Origin: Oculina patagonica
Lineage: Eukaryota
Reading direction: 5' to 3'
Length of the DNA stretch: 64,000 bases
Assembly (NCBI RefSeq): GCF_052425735.1
Contig: NW_027558036.1
Coordinates: 1,736,001 to 1,800,000, forward strand
Both the position numbers and the translations under genes were made by a program. Below, piece by piece: positions 51,901-62,363 of the stretch. Positions within the stretch are counted from its first letter, which is position 1. Every line of letters begins with the position of its first letter. Below the pieces are notes generated by a model. It ran no database searches. It saw nothing but the letters and a program-made list of their open reading frames with translations, and was not told the origin of the DNA.

Positions 51901-53637
51901 GTCAACTGATACGACTGAAATGTGACATGTACATGCATTATAACCAGATTTCTACCTGAAACAAACGCGCTCGGTGGTTCACATTGCCGCAACGTTTCAA
52001 AATTTAGTTTTATATACACAGTGCCACAGTAATTATAACATATATAACGCCAAGAGAAATAATTAAGTATCAAACACATCGTACATTGCAACAAAAATGG
52101 GAACAAGAAACACGTAGTCGTACCTGGTAGGATTTCTGGACTAACTGGCATAATTCATATTTATATCAATACAAAATACAAATGCACTTATAATACATAC
52201 TGTTCATTTCGCTTCCTGTGCCATCCAGTAAGCTTGGTAGTTCGAGCTTCCACTGGCCGTCTGTGGTGATGACGAAGTTGTCGCTTTTCCCACTCTCATT
52301 CGGTGCCATTCGGAAAAGCTTGATGTCAAAGTCACCAAGGCCGCATTTTCTAGTTAAATCTTTGAGGCCAAGGAATGCCACAAGGTGCTTTTTGAGCGCA
52401 TGAACTGTATTTATATCATTTATCGGAATACGGCTTCTAAATCGATCGAAAGCCGAGTTCGAGTCAACTCTGTAAAAGCTTACAATAGCTTTTACAACGC
52501 CAGCATTGGCGGCCATTGCATAAACTGGCGCGTGTTCAGCGTAACTTTGAGATCGTAGCTGGTAATATGACCCTGATGTACAAGGGTCATACAGTGAATC
52601 ATTAACGAAATATGAAACCCTAGCGTCCCGCTGCTGAGATTCGTATAAAACGTACATTTGTTTGACGAAAAGAGTCAAAGAGTGTTATTTACAACGGGTT
52701 TTTTAGGATTAACGATGCTCATGTGGGTTATTTAGGACAGTTTGGTCAGTTGTCAGTTGTCAGTAAAAGCCACTACAAATGTCAGTTGTCAGTTAGATTT
52801 TAGGCGATTTGTCAGTTGTCAGTTAAAATTTTGGCCATTTGTCAGTTGTCAGTTAACCCCATCCAGACCCTCTTGATGCTCATTTTCGCGCCGTGGACGA
52901 AGTCCATGTTTTTTCCACAGCCGCCCAGACGTTGTATTCGATTTAGGTGATTATAAGACAATGTATGAGAATACTTTGAAAATTGCTCGAAATTGTACTT
53001 GTATGAAAGATTTGAATAAAAATTTCTTACCTTATGTTTATCATGCGTTATTTTGACATTTCTGTGCCTCTGGAGTGGGTTTAAAGCCGTTTAGACGAGT
53101 TTTTCTTTCCGACGTTGTCGCCATGGCGCGGTCGCTTAGCTAAATTTTTGAATCTTGTGCCCGAGATAACTTTTCACGCATTCAGACAAAGCAAAAGTGG
53201 AAACCCAGCGCTCGAACACGAGCGTTTCTCGGGCGGTTAAAATAAACTTTGGAACCTTAAGCGAAGGAAATCGAAAGAAGAATTATCGACGGCTGTATTG
53301 AAGCAATTTTGGTGAGATTCGACACTTTTTGTGGTATTTAAGGAGCTTCGAGTGCGAACCGTTGGCGAACTAGCTATAGGTCACCTGCCTTTCGTTTCTC
53401 TTTAGGGGAAGCAACGTCGGAAAGAAAAACTTCTTTTAAGCATGGACACTGTTAAGGGGTAGCTTCGTTCGAGGGGTCGATACTTTTAATCATCTTAAAG
53501 GTGTGGCATATAAGGGTCGATATGTCTTACTGTAATCGTACAATATGTGATTTTGTTTTTCGCAGGTACCTTAGCCACAATAAAATAGAAGTGCTGCCTG
53601 AAGGAATATTTGAGAACCTATCAAGTCTAGTTGGGTT
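30648..53637 (+). CDS. Spliced extracellular LRR protein, 5' part (signal peptide + LRRNT + 8 LRR exons; LRR-GPCR/LGR-like or other LRR receptor); 3' end beyond window
   Basis: Exons 30648-30708, 31897-32026, 32694-32765, 38509-38580, 39018-39089, 39294-39365, 42639-42710, 45800-45871, 49684-49755, 53566-53637 all have AG/GT borders and join in frame (phase 1, then phase 2) into ~255 aa without stops. Receptor class is not determinable here. Confidence 0.9.
31138..31680. repeat. Degenerate (GTGTG)n microsatellite
   Basis: Pentamer GTGTG variants throughout; explains His/Thr- and Val/Trp/Cys-rich ORFs. Confidence 0.9.
31897..32026 (+). CDS. LRR gene exon: Cys-rich N-terminal cap CENVCSGHGRVDEKDQVNNDYTCTNIGSTIDLFKCLPTTATKL
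   Basis: TTTTTCAG acceptor, TT|GTAAGA donor, phase 1 to 2; ends in the LP..T.L motif that precedes LRR1. Confidence 0.85.
32072..32138. repeat. (TCTG/CCTG)n microsatellite; a second tract at ~45315-45405
   Basis: Direct reading. Confidence 0.9.
32694..32765 (+). CDS. LRR exon 1 (SLQRNKISNLPTGAFRHMAALKVL)
   Basis: 72 nt, CAG/GTAAGT, phase 2-2, LxxNxIxxLxxxxFxxLxxL consensus. Confidence 0.92.
35132..35205 (-). mobile_element. tRNA-derived SINE head or tRNA pseudogene
   Basis: Minus strand A box TGGCTCAGTGG and degenerate B box GGATCGACTC at tRNA spacing; stems imperfect. Confidence 0.5.
36652..36872. repeat. Minisatellite TTATTACAATT(T/C)ACGACA, ~20-23-bp unit
   Basis: About ten copies read directly. 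Confidence 0.85.
37355..37893. repeat. ~21-bp tandem repeats (TTGATTTTCTTTTGCCGTGAG) ending in a TACGG-type terminus; possible IS3EU-like non-autonomous remnant
   Basis: Repeats read directly; right end ATGGGCCACCGTA is the reverse complement of TACGGTGGCCCAT; left end not clear. Confidence 0.5.
38509..38580 (+). CDS. LRR exon 2 (DLQLNEISSISLDAFADLKGLHTL)
   Basis: 72 nt, CAG/GTATGT, phase 2-2. Confidence 0.93.
39018..39089 (+). CDS. LRR exon 3 (NLQNNRIQNLTADIFSPLLALQTL)
   Basis: 72 nt, TAG/GTAAGT, phase 2-2. Confidence 0.93.
39294..39365 (+). CDS. LRR exon 4 (NVKDNQIQNLTAEIFSSLMALRVL)
   Basis: 72 nt, TAG/GTAAGT; part of a 276-bp tandem duplicate of exon 3 and its flanks. Confidence 0.9.
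39756..40481. mobile_element. Degraded MITE, Harbinger-like
   Basis: GACCCAGTATAAATGTCGCATTTCACATCTGCCGAAT mirrored imperfectly by ATTCGGCAAACGCGAAATTCGACGTATAAACCGAGCC; TAA flanks. Confidence 0.5.
40499..40697. mobile_element. 199-bp MITE with 9-bp TSD (AcademH-like ends)
   Basis: TIR CCTCGTCCCCAGGCG / CGCCTGGGGACGAGG; TSD GGCGGACTA 40490-40498 and GGCGGTCTA 40698-40706 (one mismatch). Family name is inference. Confidence 0.75.
42639..42710 (+). CDS. LRR exon 5 (DLSSNKIPYLPTGLLTKQTSLAEL)
   Basis: 72 nt, TTTCAG/GTACGT, phase 2-2. Confidence 0.92.
42827..43590 (+). repeat. Intronic segment duplicated (diverged) at ~62735-63560
   Basis: AAAGAACCATACCGCAATCCGTT ... CTGTTGCTCCCTC(A/G)GAGATTGGCCAAAA is colinear in both places. 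Confidence 0.85.
43780..44900 (+). pseudogene. Heavily deleted BEL/Pao LTR-retrotransposon pol remnant
   Basis: Frameshifted fragments ESTNIRIIFDASAK, SLNDC, ETEPPL*NILW, VALCGDF, IDPLGVAS and integrase TRAIHLELVPNL, YNGRNF. Confidence 0.8.
45800..45871 (+). CDS. LRR exon 6a (YLSHNKIEVLPEGIFENLSSLVVL)
   Basis: 72 nt, CGCAG/GTAAGT, phase 2-2. Confidence 0.93.
46728..46899 (+). mobile_element. Gypsy 5' LTR (~155 bp) + primer-binding site; copies at 50612 and 54494
   Basis: Start matches 3' LTR remnant at 62497; PBS TGGCGACGAGGATG (46886-46899) is complementary to the 3' end of eukaryotic tRNA-Ser(GCT). Confidence 0.85.
47162..48989. mobile_element. Unclassified 1828-bp DNA element inserted in Gypsy gag (copy 1)
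   Basis: 16-bp TIR GAGGGACTGGATGGGG / CCCCATCCAGACCCTC; TSD TTGATG 47156-47161 and 48990-48995; removing it restores gag ...LRTLDAHFR. Confidence 0.92.
48318..48633 (-). CDS. Element-borne small protein, first exon (105 aa MAANAG..GSEMN; PB1/beta-grasp-like); copies 52201-52516 and 56084-56399
   Basis: ATG in GCAATGGCC context, globular-protein-like composition, GTATGT donor at 48317. Fold assignment by eye only. Confidence 0.55.
49684..49755 (+). CDS. LRR exon 6b (YLSHNKIEVLPEGIFENLSSLVGL)
   Basis: Copy in second 3.88-kb unit; splice sites intact; GTT>GGG (V>G). Confidence 0.85.
51046..52872. mobile_element. Same 6-bp-TSD element, copy 2
   Basis: Copied with the triplication. Confidence 0.92.
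53566..53637 (+). CDS. LRR exon 6c (identical to 6b)
   Basis: Copy in third 3.88-kb unit; splice sites intact. Confidence 0.85.
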
Positions 53638-54927
53638 GTAAGTACATGCATTTGACAAGTATTTAATTAAGGAGGCTATTAACGGTTTCCAGCACTTTCC
53701 ATCTCTTATACTTTGATGGATCAGTACTGCAAACCTTTTACAGTTGCTCCTACAATAATGGTACCAAACAAATGCCCAATCATTGGTAACAACAGTTTAA
53801 CCTGTTTAGAACTGCTACAAACTGGATAATGATCAAAATATTAAAATACAACTTTTTGCAAAACTAAAAGGGCAGACTATAAATGAATTTTAAAATCAAA
53901 TACAAATGTAAATAGCCTAATTAATTGTAAATATTTTTAACTTTTAATACTTTTAATTTACAAGACCCCACAAGCTGTAAGCTTTTATCCAAATCGTGTT
54001 TTTAAATAAAGGCAAATTACTTACTTACTTACTTATTGAGCTTGAACTCTAATGTTTATGCCGAATATAAAACCGACTGACTTTTTGACTTTGAACGTAC
54101 CAATTCTCGTTCCATAAACTAAACTGATTAACTGAAGGTTTATGCTTCGTTTACTGGTATTTTACGTTGTTCTTGTTAACCCGTCTTGTCTGTTTCTCTG
54201 GCTGGCCGAATTTTTTTTAAATTACAAAATGGTAAAAATTGTTATAATGAGAATATTTAAAACTAGCTCATATCAAATAAATTAGTTTTAATCGCCTCAA
54301 AAACTAAATTTGAAAGTACTGCTTCTGATTATAACGTTGCCAACTTTGGCTATTCTCGTGACTTTAAGTTAGGCGTTACGAACATGTCTCTGCTTCCCAA
54401 TCTCTCGGTATTTGCATGGATGATAAAAGACTGTCGAGGAATACCCTAAATTTGGCGAAAAAGGGTCATTTGGAGTGGGTGGCAGTGGGAGGCTGTAGTA
54501 GTGTATTACATGTAGCCCAGCGGTTACTCATAAGAGTACATCCGGGATGCGAAGAGTGTGTAGTGAGCGGGAAAGCATGTACTGTGTGTACGGGCGTGTG
54601 TTCTGCTTTAAAAGCAGCTGTAAGCCTTTGTGGCCTTTGAACACTAAAAATTGGCGACGAGGATGTCGCACTCAGTGGAACGAGCGTTGTCGCCCTAAGA
54701 TTTAACCGGTTCTTCCTTTCAGGTCGCCAAACGGTGGCGACAGTGGAAGCGATTTTACCAATATTACATCGATGGCAAAGGAATTACGAACGCCTCTCGA
54801 AAGAAAGCTCAATTACTTCATTTAGCGGGCATGGAAGTCCAAGATATTTTCGAAGTCGTTCCGGATTCAGGACCGATCAATGCCGGGGAGGGTAACGAGT
54901 ATGTAGTGTGTCTTCGTACGCTTGATG

Positions 54928-56755
54928 GAGGGACTGGATGGGGGGGTACAAATGTCAGTTGTCAGTTAAATTTTAGGCGATTTGTCAGTTGTCAGTTAAA
55001 TTTTAGGCCATTTGTCAGTTGTCTGTTACTTGACTGTTAATAATTAACCGTGTAACTAAATTATTTACTTCTGACCCAAAAGCTAGCTCGATTGGCACAT
55101 ATAACGTAAAGTATATCGTTAATTCAAGATTCTTACTTAAAGAACTATTGTTTCTCAGATTTGGAGTTAAAACCATTGCAATTGCATTACAACCTGAGAT
55201 AAAAATTTAAGCGTTAACTTGCCTACCAATGATCACCTATATCAGTCTAAATCTACCTATTTATCTTCAACACTTTATACTTAATAGACCTTAATAAATA
55301 TCAAGAAGAGTTTACGGAGCAAAATAAAATATCTTGAGAATTTGAGTAAAACCGCGAGTATCGTATTTTCTCGATTGAAAAAGCTGGCTTCTAATAAAGC
55401 CGAGTTTCCACGGTGGAAGTATGAAAACCTGTACTGGTCTGTAATAAAAAATTTGCATTATACTCAAAAGTAATGTATAAAGGTCTCCGCACACGTGGGG
55501 TCAAGACGCAGGGACATGTTGCAGCAATATGAAGCAGCGACAAAATCATGTGTTGTTCACACTGAGGGGACATGCAGCAGGGACGATGATATTTGAGTCA
55601 GCATGAAAAAGTGTCGAAAATCCAAGGAATTGACCCTGAGAGTTATGATAATCATTAGTGAATTGGTATTTCTAATGGATTGGTATTACATTTGCAGTGC
55701 GAAGTGTTTTCAGTAACATTTTGTTTTTAGCTGTGAATTACCGCTATTTTTAGCCACTGTTTTAACCCTTGAATTACATAATGGTCAACTGATACGACTG
55801 AAATGTGACATGTACATGCATTATAACCAGATTTCTACCTGAAACAAACGCGCTCGGTGGTTCACATTGCCGCAACGTTTCAAAATTTAGTTTTATATAC
55901 ACAGTGCCACAGTAATTATAACATATATAACGCCAAGAGAAATAATTAAGTATCAAACACATCGTACATTGCAACAAAAATGGGAACAAGAAACACGTAG
56001 TCGTACCTGGTAGGATTTCTGGACTAACTGGCATAATTCATATTTATATCAATACAAAATACAAATGCACTTATAATACATACTGTTCATTTCGCTTCCT
56101 GTGCCATCCAGTAAGCTTGGTAGTTCGAGCTTCCACTGGTCGTCTGTGGTGATGGCGAAGTTGTCGCTTTTCCCACTCTCATTCGGTGCCATTCGGAAAA
56201 GCTTGATGTCAAAGTCACCAAGGCCGCATTTTCTAGTTAAATCTTTGAGGCCAAGGAATGCCACAAGGTGCTTTTTGAGCGCATGAACTGTATTTATATC
56301 ATTTATCGGAATACGGCTTCTAAATCGATCGAAAGCCGAGTTCGAGTCAACTCTGTAAAAGCTTACAATAGCTTTTACAACGCCAGCATTGGCGGCCATT
56401 GCATAAACTGGCGCGTGTTCAGCGTAACTTTGAGATCGTAGCTGGTAATATGACCCTGATGTACAAGGGTCATACAGTGAATCATTAACGAAATATGAAA
56501 CCCTAGCGTCCCGCTGCTGAGATTCGTATAAAACGTACATTTGTTTGACGAAAAGAGTCAAAGAGTGTTATTTACAACGGGTTTTTTAGGATTAACGATG
56601 CTCATGTGGGTTATTTAGGACAGTTTGGTCAGTTGTCAGTTGTCAGTAAAAGCCACTACAAATGTCAGTTGTCAGTTAGATTTTAGGCGATTTGTCAGTT
56701 GTCAGTTAAAATTTTGGCCATTTGTCAGTTGTCAGTTAACCCCATCCAGACCCTC
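54928..56755. mobile_element. Same 6-bp-TSD element, copy 3
   Basis: Copied with the triplication. Confidence 0.92.
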
Positions 56756-56797
56756 TTGATGCTCATTTTCGCGCCGTGGACGAAGTCCATGTTTTTT

Positions 56798-57498
56798 CCA
56801 CAGCCGCCCAGACGTTGTATTCGATTTAGGTGATTATAAGACAATGTATGAGAATACTTTGAAAATTGCTCGAAATTGTACTTGTATGAAAGATTTGAAT
56901 AAAAATTTCTTACCTTATGTTTATCATGCGTTATTTTGACATTTCTGTGCCTCTGGAGTGGGTTTAAAGCCGTTTAGACGAGTTTTTCTTTCCGACGTTG
57001 TCGCCATGGCGCGGTCGCTTAGCTAAATTTTTGAATCTTGTGCCCGAGATAACTTTTCACGCATTCAGACAAAGCAAAAGTGGAAACCCAGCGCTCGAAC
57101 ACGAGCGTTTCTCGGGCGGTTAAAATAAACTTTGGAACCTTAAGCGAAGGAAATCGAAAGAAGAATTATCGACGGCTGTATTGAAGCAATTTTGGTGAGA
57201 TTCGACACTTTTTGTGGTATTTAAGGAGCTTCGAGTGCGAACCGTTGGCGAACTAGCTATAGGTCACCTGCCTTTCGTTTCTCTTTAGGGGAAGCAACGT
57301 CGGAAAGAAAAACTTGTCTAAACGGCTTTAAACCCACTCCAGAAGCACAGAAATGTCAAAATAACGCATGATAAACATAAGGTAATACATTTTTATTCAA
57401 ATCTTCAATACAAGTTCTATTTCGAGCAATTTTCAAAGTATTCTCATACATTGTCTTATAATCACCTAAATCGAATACAACGTCTGGGCGACCTGTGG
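56798..57498. mobile_element. 701-bp foldback element with ~200-bp TIRs in gag; truncated copies 49032-49550 and ~52915-53432
   Basis: CCACAGCCGCCCAGACGTTGTATTCG mirrored by CGAATACAACGTCTGGGCGACCTGTGG; sits in a T run and its removal restores gag HVFRQL. Confidence 0.9.
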
Positions 57499-59344
57499 TT
57501 TTTCGACAACTTGCGTTGACTAAGGGGGAGACCGCTGATAAATTTATCGTTCGTTTACGGAAACAAGCTTGTCACTGTAATTTTGGCGCAGCTTTGGTGA
57601 AAAATTTGTCAGATCATCTGATCGAAAAGCTCCCCGATGTTGAACTGAAGAAGAAATTACTCGAGGTGAATAATATTACGCTAGAGGCTGCGATGGATAA
57701 GGTCCGAAAGTGGGAAGCTTCGCGTAAGCAAGTGAGTCAAATGCCGGTTACGCCAAGTCAAGACCGACAAGAACCTGGAGCAAGTGTTGGAGCAGGGACT
57801 AATGCTGTCGAACAAAGGTCTGGGCGTGGATCGAAAGGTAAAAGGGTTTGTTTTAACTGTAGAAAAGAAGGTTACTTGGCTAAAGACGGCAATTGTCCAG
57901 CTCGTGGACGGAAGTGCAGGACACTATGCTAGCTGTTGCAAGGGGGGAAGGATCCAAAAGTTTGGAAAAACAAATATTACTTAACGACGGGGAGGCCGGA
58001 AGACATCAGAGTTGAGAAAAAGCAGGCCAATCTTGTAGAGGGATCGTTGGAACCCTCCAGGTGAGAATGATTCATTTGCCTTTACCGTAGAAGAGCAGAC
58101 ATGCAATTTGGCCGCTTCTGCTGAGCCAGTGCTTTGTGTAAGCATTGGGACAGTAAACAGGGATGTGTTGGTTGACTCTGGACCTGGGAGCAATCTTTTA
58201 AGCATGGACACTGTTAAGGAGTTAAAACATCAGTAGCTTCAGGCGCAACTCTGCACAAGAAAGTTGTATGCTTATGTGGGTCGTGCGCTTGAAATCGAAG
58301 GTCAGTTTCAGTCAGAAGACTCTGTTGGTAAAACGAAGATTGTGGCAGATTTCGTTGTTGTCAAAACAGGTCGTTGTTTGCTAGGATATTCGACTGCCCT
58401 GCATCTTGGAATCTTTCGAGTGGATCCAGCAGGAACTCTTGCCACAGGGCTTTTCAAGTCAACCGCAGACACCCTCAGAAGTTCGTAGCTTGTTGGGTCT
58501 CGTTGGATTCAGTGCCAGGTTTATACCCGATTTTACAACAACTGCTGATCCCTTAAGAAGACTTGCCAGAAAAGGAAAACTGTTTATGTGGGGCGACTTG
58601 ACTTTTCAGAAATTGAAAAGTCAAGTTGCAAGTGCACCAGTCTTTGATAAGAACGCACCTACTCGTGTTATTGCAGATGCCAGTCCAGTGGAGCTTGGAA
58701 CAGTGCTGGTCCAATAGAAGAATGGAGATAGTCGTGCTGTCTGTTACACAAGTCGTAGTTTGAGCCAAGTGGAGGGCCGTTATAGTCAAACCGAGAAAGA
58801 AGCACTAGCCCTAGTTTGGGCATGTCAACGTTTCCACTTCTAATTGTATGGGCTGCCACAGTTTGACCTCGTAACAGACCATGAAGCACTCAAAATAATC
58901 TATTCCAAGGAAGTCCAAACCTTCAGCCCGGAAAGAGCGCTGAGTTCTGCATATACAACCGTACAACTATCAAGTCTGTTAGGTGTCATCGAGAAAGAAT
59001 ATTGCAGATGCCCTTTCCCGACTGACAAATATACCTGCCTCAGATCAGTCCCCGGAGGACGATGGATACATACGCATGGTAGCTCTGTATGCTGTCTCCG
59101 CTGCGTTGATAATCAAAGAGATTGAACGGATTGTAGCACAAAATCCAGAGTTGCAATCAGTCATAATTTGCCTCATCGAAGAAAAATGGGACATTGTTCT
59201 CAAGTCATACTTGCCAGTGCGCAATGAATTGACCTTTATCGGTCATGCAATTCTACTGGGAATGAGAATTGTTGTACCGCAAGCTCTTTGCAAAAGAGTT
59301 GTCAGTTTGGCTCACGAGGGGCATGAAGGAGTCGTGAAGACAAA

Positions 59345-60920
59345 CAATAGTATAACAAGTGCTAACTGCGCTAGCTGTACAACAGAACACCAAAGTGAAC
59401 TGTGAACAGTTTGTTTGGGCTTTTATAGCTAAAGGGTTGTCTGCTGGGAATGCCAGTAGAAAGAACTGTACTTCAGCACAGCTTGGCATTACACGTGTAT
59501 AATCTTAGCCATGAATAGTGCTGGTCGGCGTCGGGAGCGAGGACCAGGAAGCACCGCGTGCATCTGAAAGCGGGAGATTGCATCGGCGATCTCATTTGAA
59601 ACCCCGGGGACATGGCAAGCCCGGACTACAAAGTTGTGCTGCATAGAAAGGAGGACGAGCCGCCTGACCAACTCCATTATGCGTGGTACTTTGTAACGCC
59701 TAGAATTTATATTAGACACGACCAATATATTGTCACACCAGAATTGGAGGCGTCTCCCGGCAAGAAAGGGGTGCCACATGACGCAAGCAACAACGATGGG
59801 AAAGAGTTCTTGCAATTCGATACCTATTTCCCGTTTTTGGTTCAAAAGCATGTGGGGAGGCCAGCCACCCTGGAACCACCTTCACTGGAAATAGCCCCCG
59901 AAGCCTAAAGAGCCCGCGGCATCGGTGTAGAGTTCTAGATTCTGAGCTGGAAACGCCCGTTCCAGTTCAAGAGAAAAACTTTCCACATTTCAAGATCCTT
60001 AAAGAACTCCTTATTAAGCCGCATGCGGTGGAAACGGCTTGGGATCCCCTCCTGGTCAAATTAATCGCCCGCTGAAGGAAGGTTCTCCTGGGCACCACCA
60101 CCTTGCATGCAAACTGAAGAGTCCCAATGAGTGATTGTAACTCTACCAGGCGTACTGAGCGACGTATTTTGAAAGCGTTCAACAGTTCATTGATCCTGGA
60201 GAGTTTATCCTGTGGTAAGCGGGCCTCCATGCGGACGCTGTCTAAAGCAATGCCCATGAACTCAATCTCCTAGGAGGGGCTTATTGTCTTGGACGCTACG
60301 ACAGGGACCTCAAGGGACATAAATACCCGTAGCAGAGTGCTAAAGCTAGTTAAAAATGCCAATTTAGACGGTTCGGCAATGACAAAGTCGTCCGTCCACG
60401 ATGTGAATAACAAGCTGGAGGCCATAGTTACTTTTAAGGATCCATTCAAGCCCGTTCGACAGCTGATTGAAAAGGAACGGGGCACTTCGAAGCCCAAAGG
60501 GTAAGTACATGTCTACATAGTATTGGGATAGCCAGCTACAGTGACTAGCCAGCAAGCTCCAGTCGTCCAGATGACTTGGTATCAGGCGGAAGGCTGATTT
60601 AAGATCAGTATTGGCCATAAAGGTTCCCCTTCCTAGGGGCTGGAGAATACGGATGGCATCGTCTACCCGCACAAAATCTAAGGGAATAAGGGGTCCTTTG
60701 GAATGTGCTCATTAATGTTATCGCCCTGGGGGTAGCAGAGGTTGTAGATAGTGCGCCAGGCAGTTGAATGTTTTTTGGGAACCACGGCCACCGGACGACA
60801 CGGAAACTTGTGCAGGGGCGGGGAGTGGTAGGGATCCGCTACCCTTCCAAGAGCTACTTCCTTTTGCAGATTGAAAGAAACTTCTTTCGGGTGCTGTACT
60901 ACCGAAATACGGTTAGGGGA
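59345..60920 (-). pseudogene. DIRS-order (Ngaro-like) retrotransposon RT-RNaseH fragment
   Basis: KEVALGRV, VVPKK, VDDAI, TDLKSAFRLIP, LPFGLRSAPFLFN, LPQDKL, LQSLIGTLQF, YTDAAGS, ELFPIVVA, FWCDN, HVPGVSNEIADAISR; frameshifted. Confidence 0.9.
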
Positions 60921-61620
60921 GATGGAAGTCGATGTCAGCCGATCAACTTCCAGTAAAACCATCATTCATTGCCTAGATGCCCAATTCGCAAGACATGGAT
61001 TGCCCAGAGGCCTGCGCAGCGACAATGGTTCAAACCTGGTGTCCAAGGAAGTAGAAGGGTATTTGAAAGAATCGGAGATTGAGCACCATGACACGGCACC
61101 TCTGTGGCCACGGGCAAATGGCCAAGTGGAAAGGCAGAATAAGACGCTTCTGAAATCTGTTAGAGCAGCTCACGCAAAAGGAAAGAATTGGAGGGAGGAG
61201 CTAAACAGGTTCCTGTTGGCATACAGGTCAACGCCACATTCGACTACAGGGAAGAGTCCTGCTGAATTGTTGTTTAGAAGTAAGCTTAAAACCAAAATGC
61301 CTGAGCTGGTCGATTTGGAAGAGGAGAAAAAAGAAGTCAGTGACCAAGGAATCCGTGATCAGGACACACAGAGAAAGCAGTCGCGTAAGGACTACGCCGA
61401 CAAGAGGTTTCATGCTAGAGACCGAAATGTGAGAGAAAGAGACACTGTTTCGCTAGAGAAGAAGAATGAAAACAAGCTGTCGTCTTGCTATGAGAATGAA
61501 CCATATCAGGTGATGTCTCGTTGTGGAGACCAGGTGCTACTGAGATCATCACAGGGAGTTCAGTACAAGCGAGACCTTCTGCATATCAACACAATAAGGT
61601 GGTTAGATGACAAAATGTAA
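60921..61620 (+). pseudogene. Gypsy integrase core and C-terminal part
   Basis: FARHGLP, RSDNG, PLWPRANGQVERQN, YRSTPHSTTGKSPAELLF; first catalytic Asp region missing. Confidence 0.9.
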
Positions 61621-61971
61621 CAATGGAAACGTTTACAAGCCTAACTAAATGTGCAATTAGAACCAAGCCCTTTAACATGCCAGATCAGAAAGAACAGGGA
61701 GCTCCACTACAGGATGCTGAACCACCGACGGAACCGAAGACGGCCGAGATATCACCCATGAAAGAGAATCCAGTACCAACGACAGATTCACCACCTGACC
61801 TACCTGCTGCTATACCTACAGCTGAGCAGCCAGTTAGAAGATCTGACAGAATTAGTACTCATCCGAAAGCACTGAACGATAATGTTCTGCACTAAACTTA
61901 GGGATTTTTTTACTGTCATATTCATTGCTGTGTTTCAAAAGTAACATTTGAACATTTATATATGAATTTAA

Positions 61972-62363
61972 AGGGACCGTGTCACGGATTTAAGCCAAAC
62001 TTAGGCATGGGAAATGACCATCAAATTCGTTTAAATGTATAAAATTACCTCTTACAACAGTGAAGGAATATTTAAAGAACACACCAAATGCAAAAGAAGG
62101 TACGGATGGCCAAAAGTGTCGAAGATTGAAACGGATTGCGATGTGGGCTTTTGAAATATGGTCCGGCGGAACAGTTTTCAAAGTTAATCTTGTCTGCTTG
62201 TTACTTTAATTTATGACGCCCTGGAGACACATTTAGCTGCAAGGAAGTTATGATTTTGTCATTTAGTATCAAAGAATTAATTTCTTTGCAAACATTTAGT
62301 TTCATTGCGAATATTTGGCAAAATTTAATAACATAAGATTAACTTGGCAGTGACATAGTCCCT
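61972..62363. mobile_element. Kolobok-type MITE (TTAA TSD) in the Gypsy 3' UTR
   Basis: TTAA|AGGGACCGTGTCAC ... GTGACATAGTCCCT|TTAA. Confidence 0.8.

Larger units (their letters stand above)
45691..57316 (+). repeat. Near-identical tandem triplication (units start 45691, 49575, 53457; periods 3884 and 3882 bp)
   Basis: Whole unit (LRR exon, intron, Gypsy LTR and gag, nested elements) repeats with only a handful of substitutions and homopolymer differences. Confidence 0.97.
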
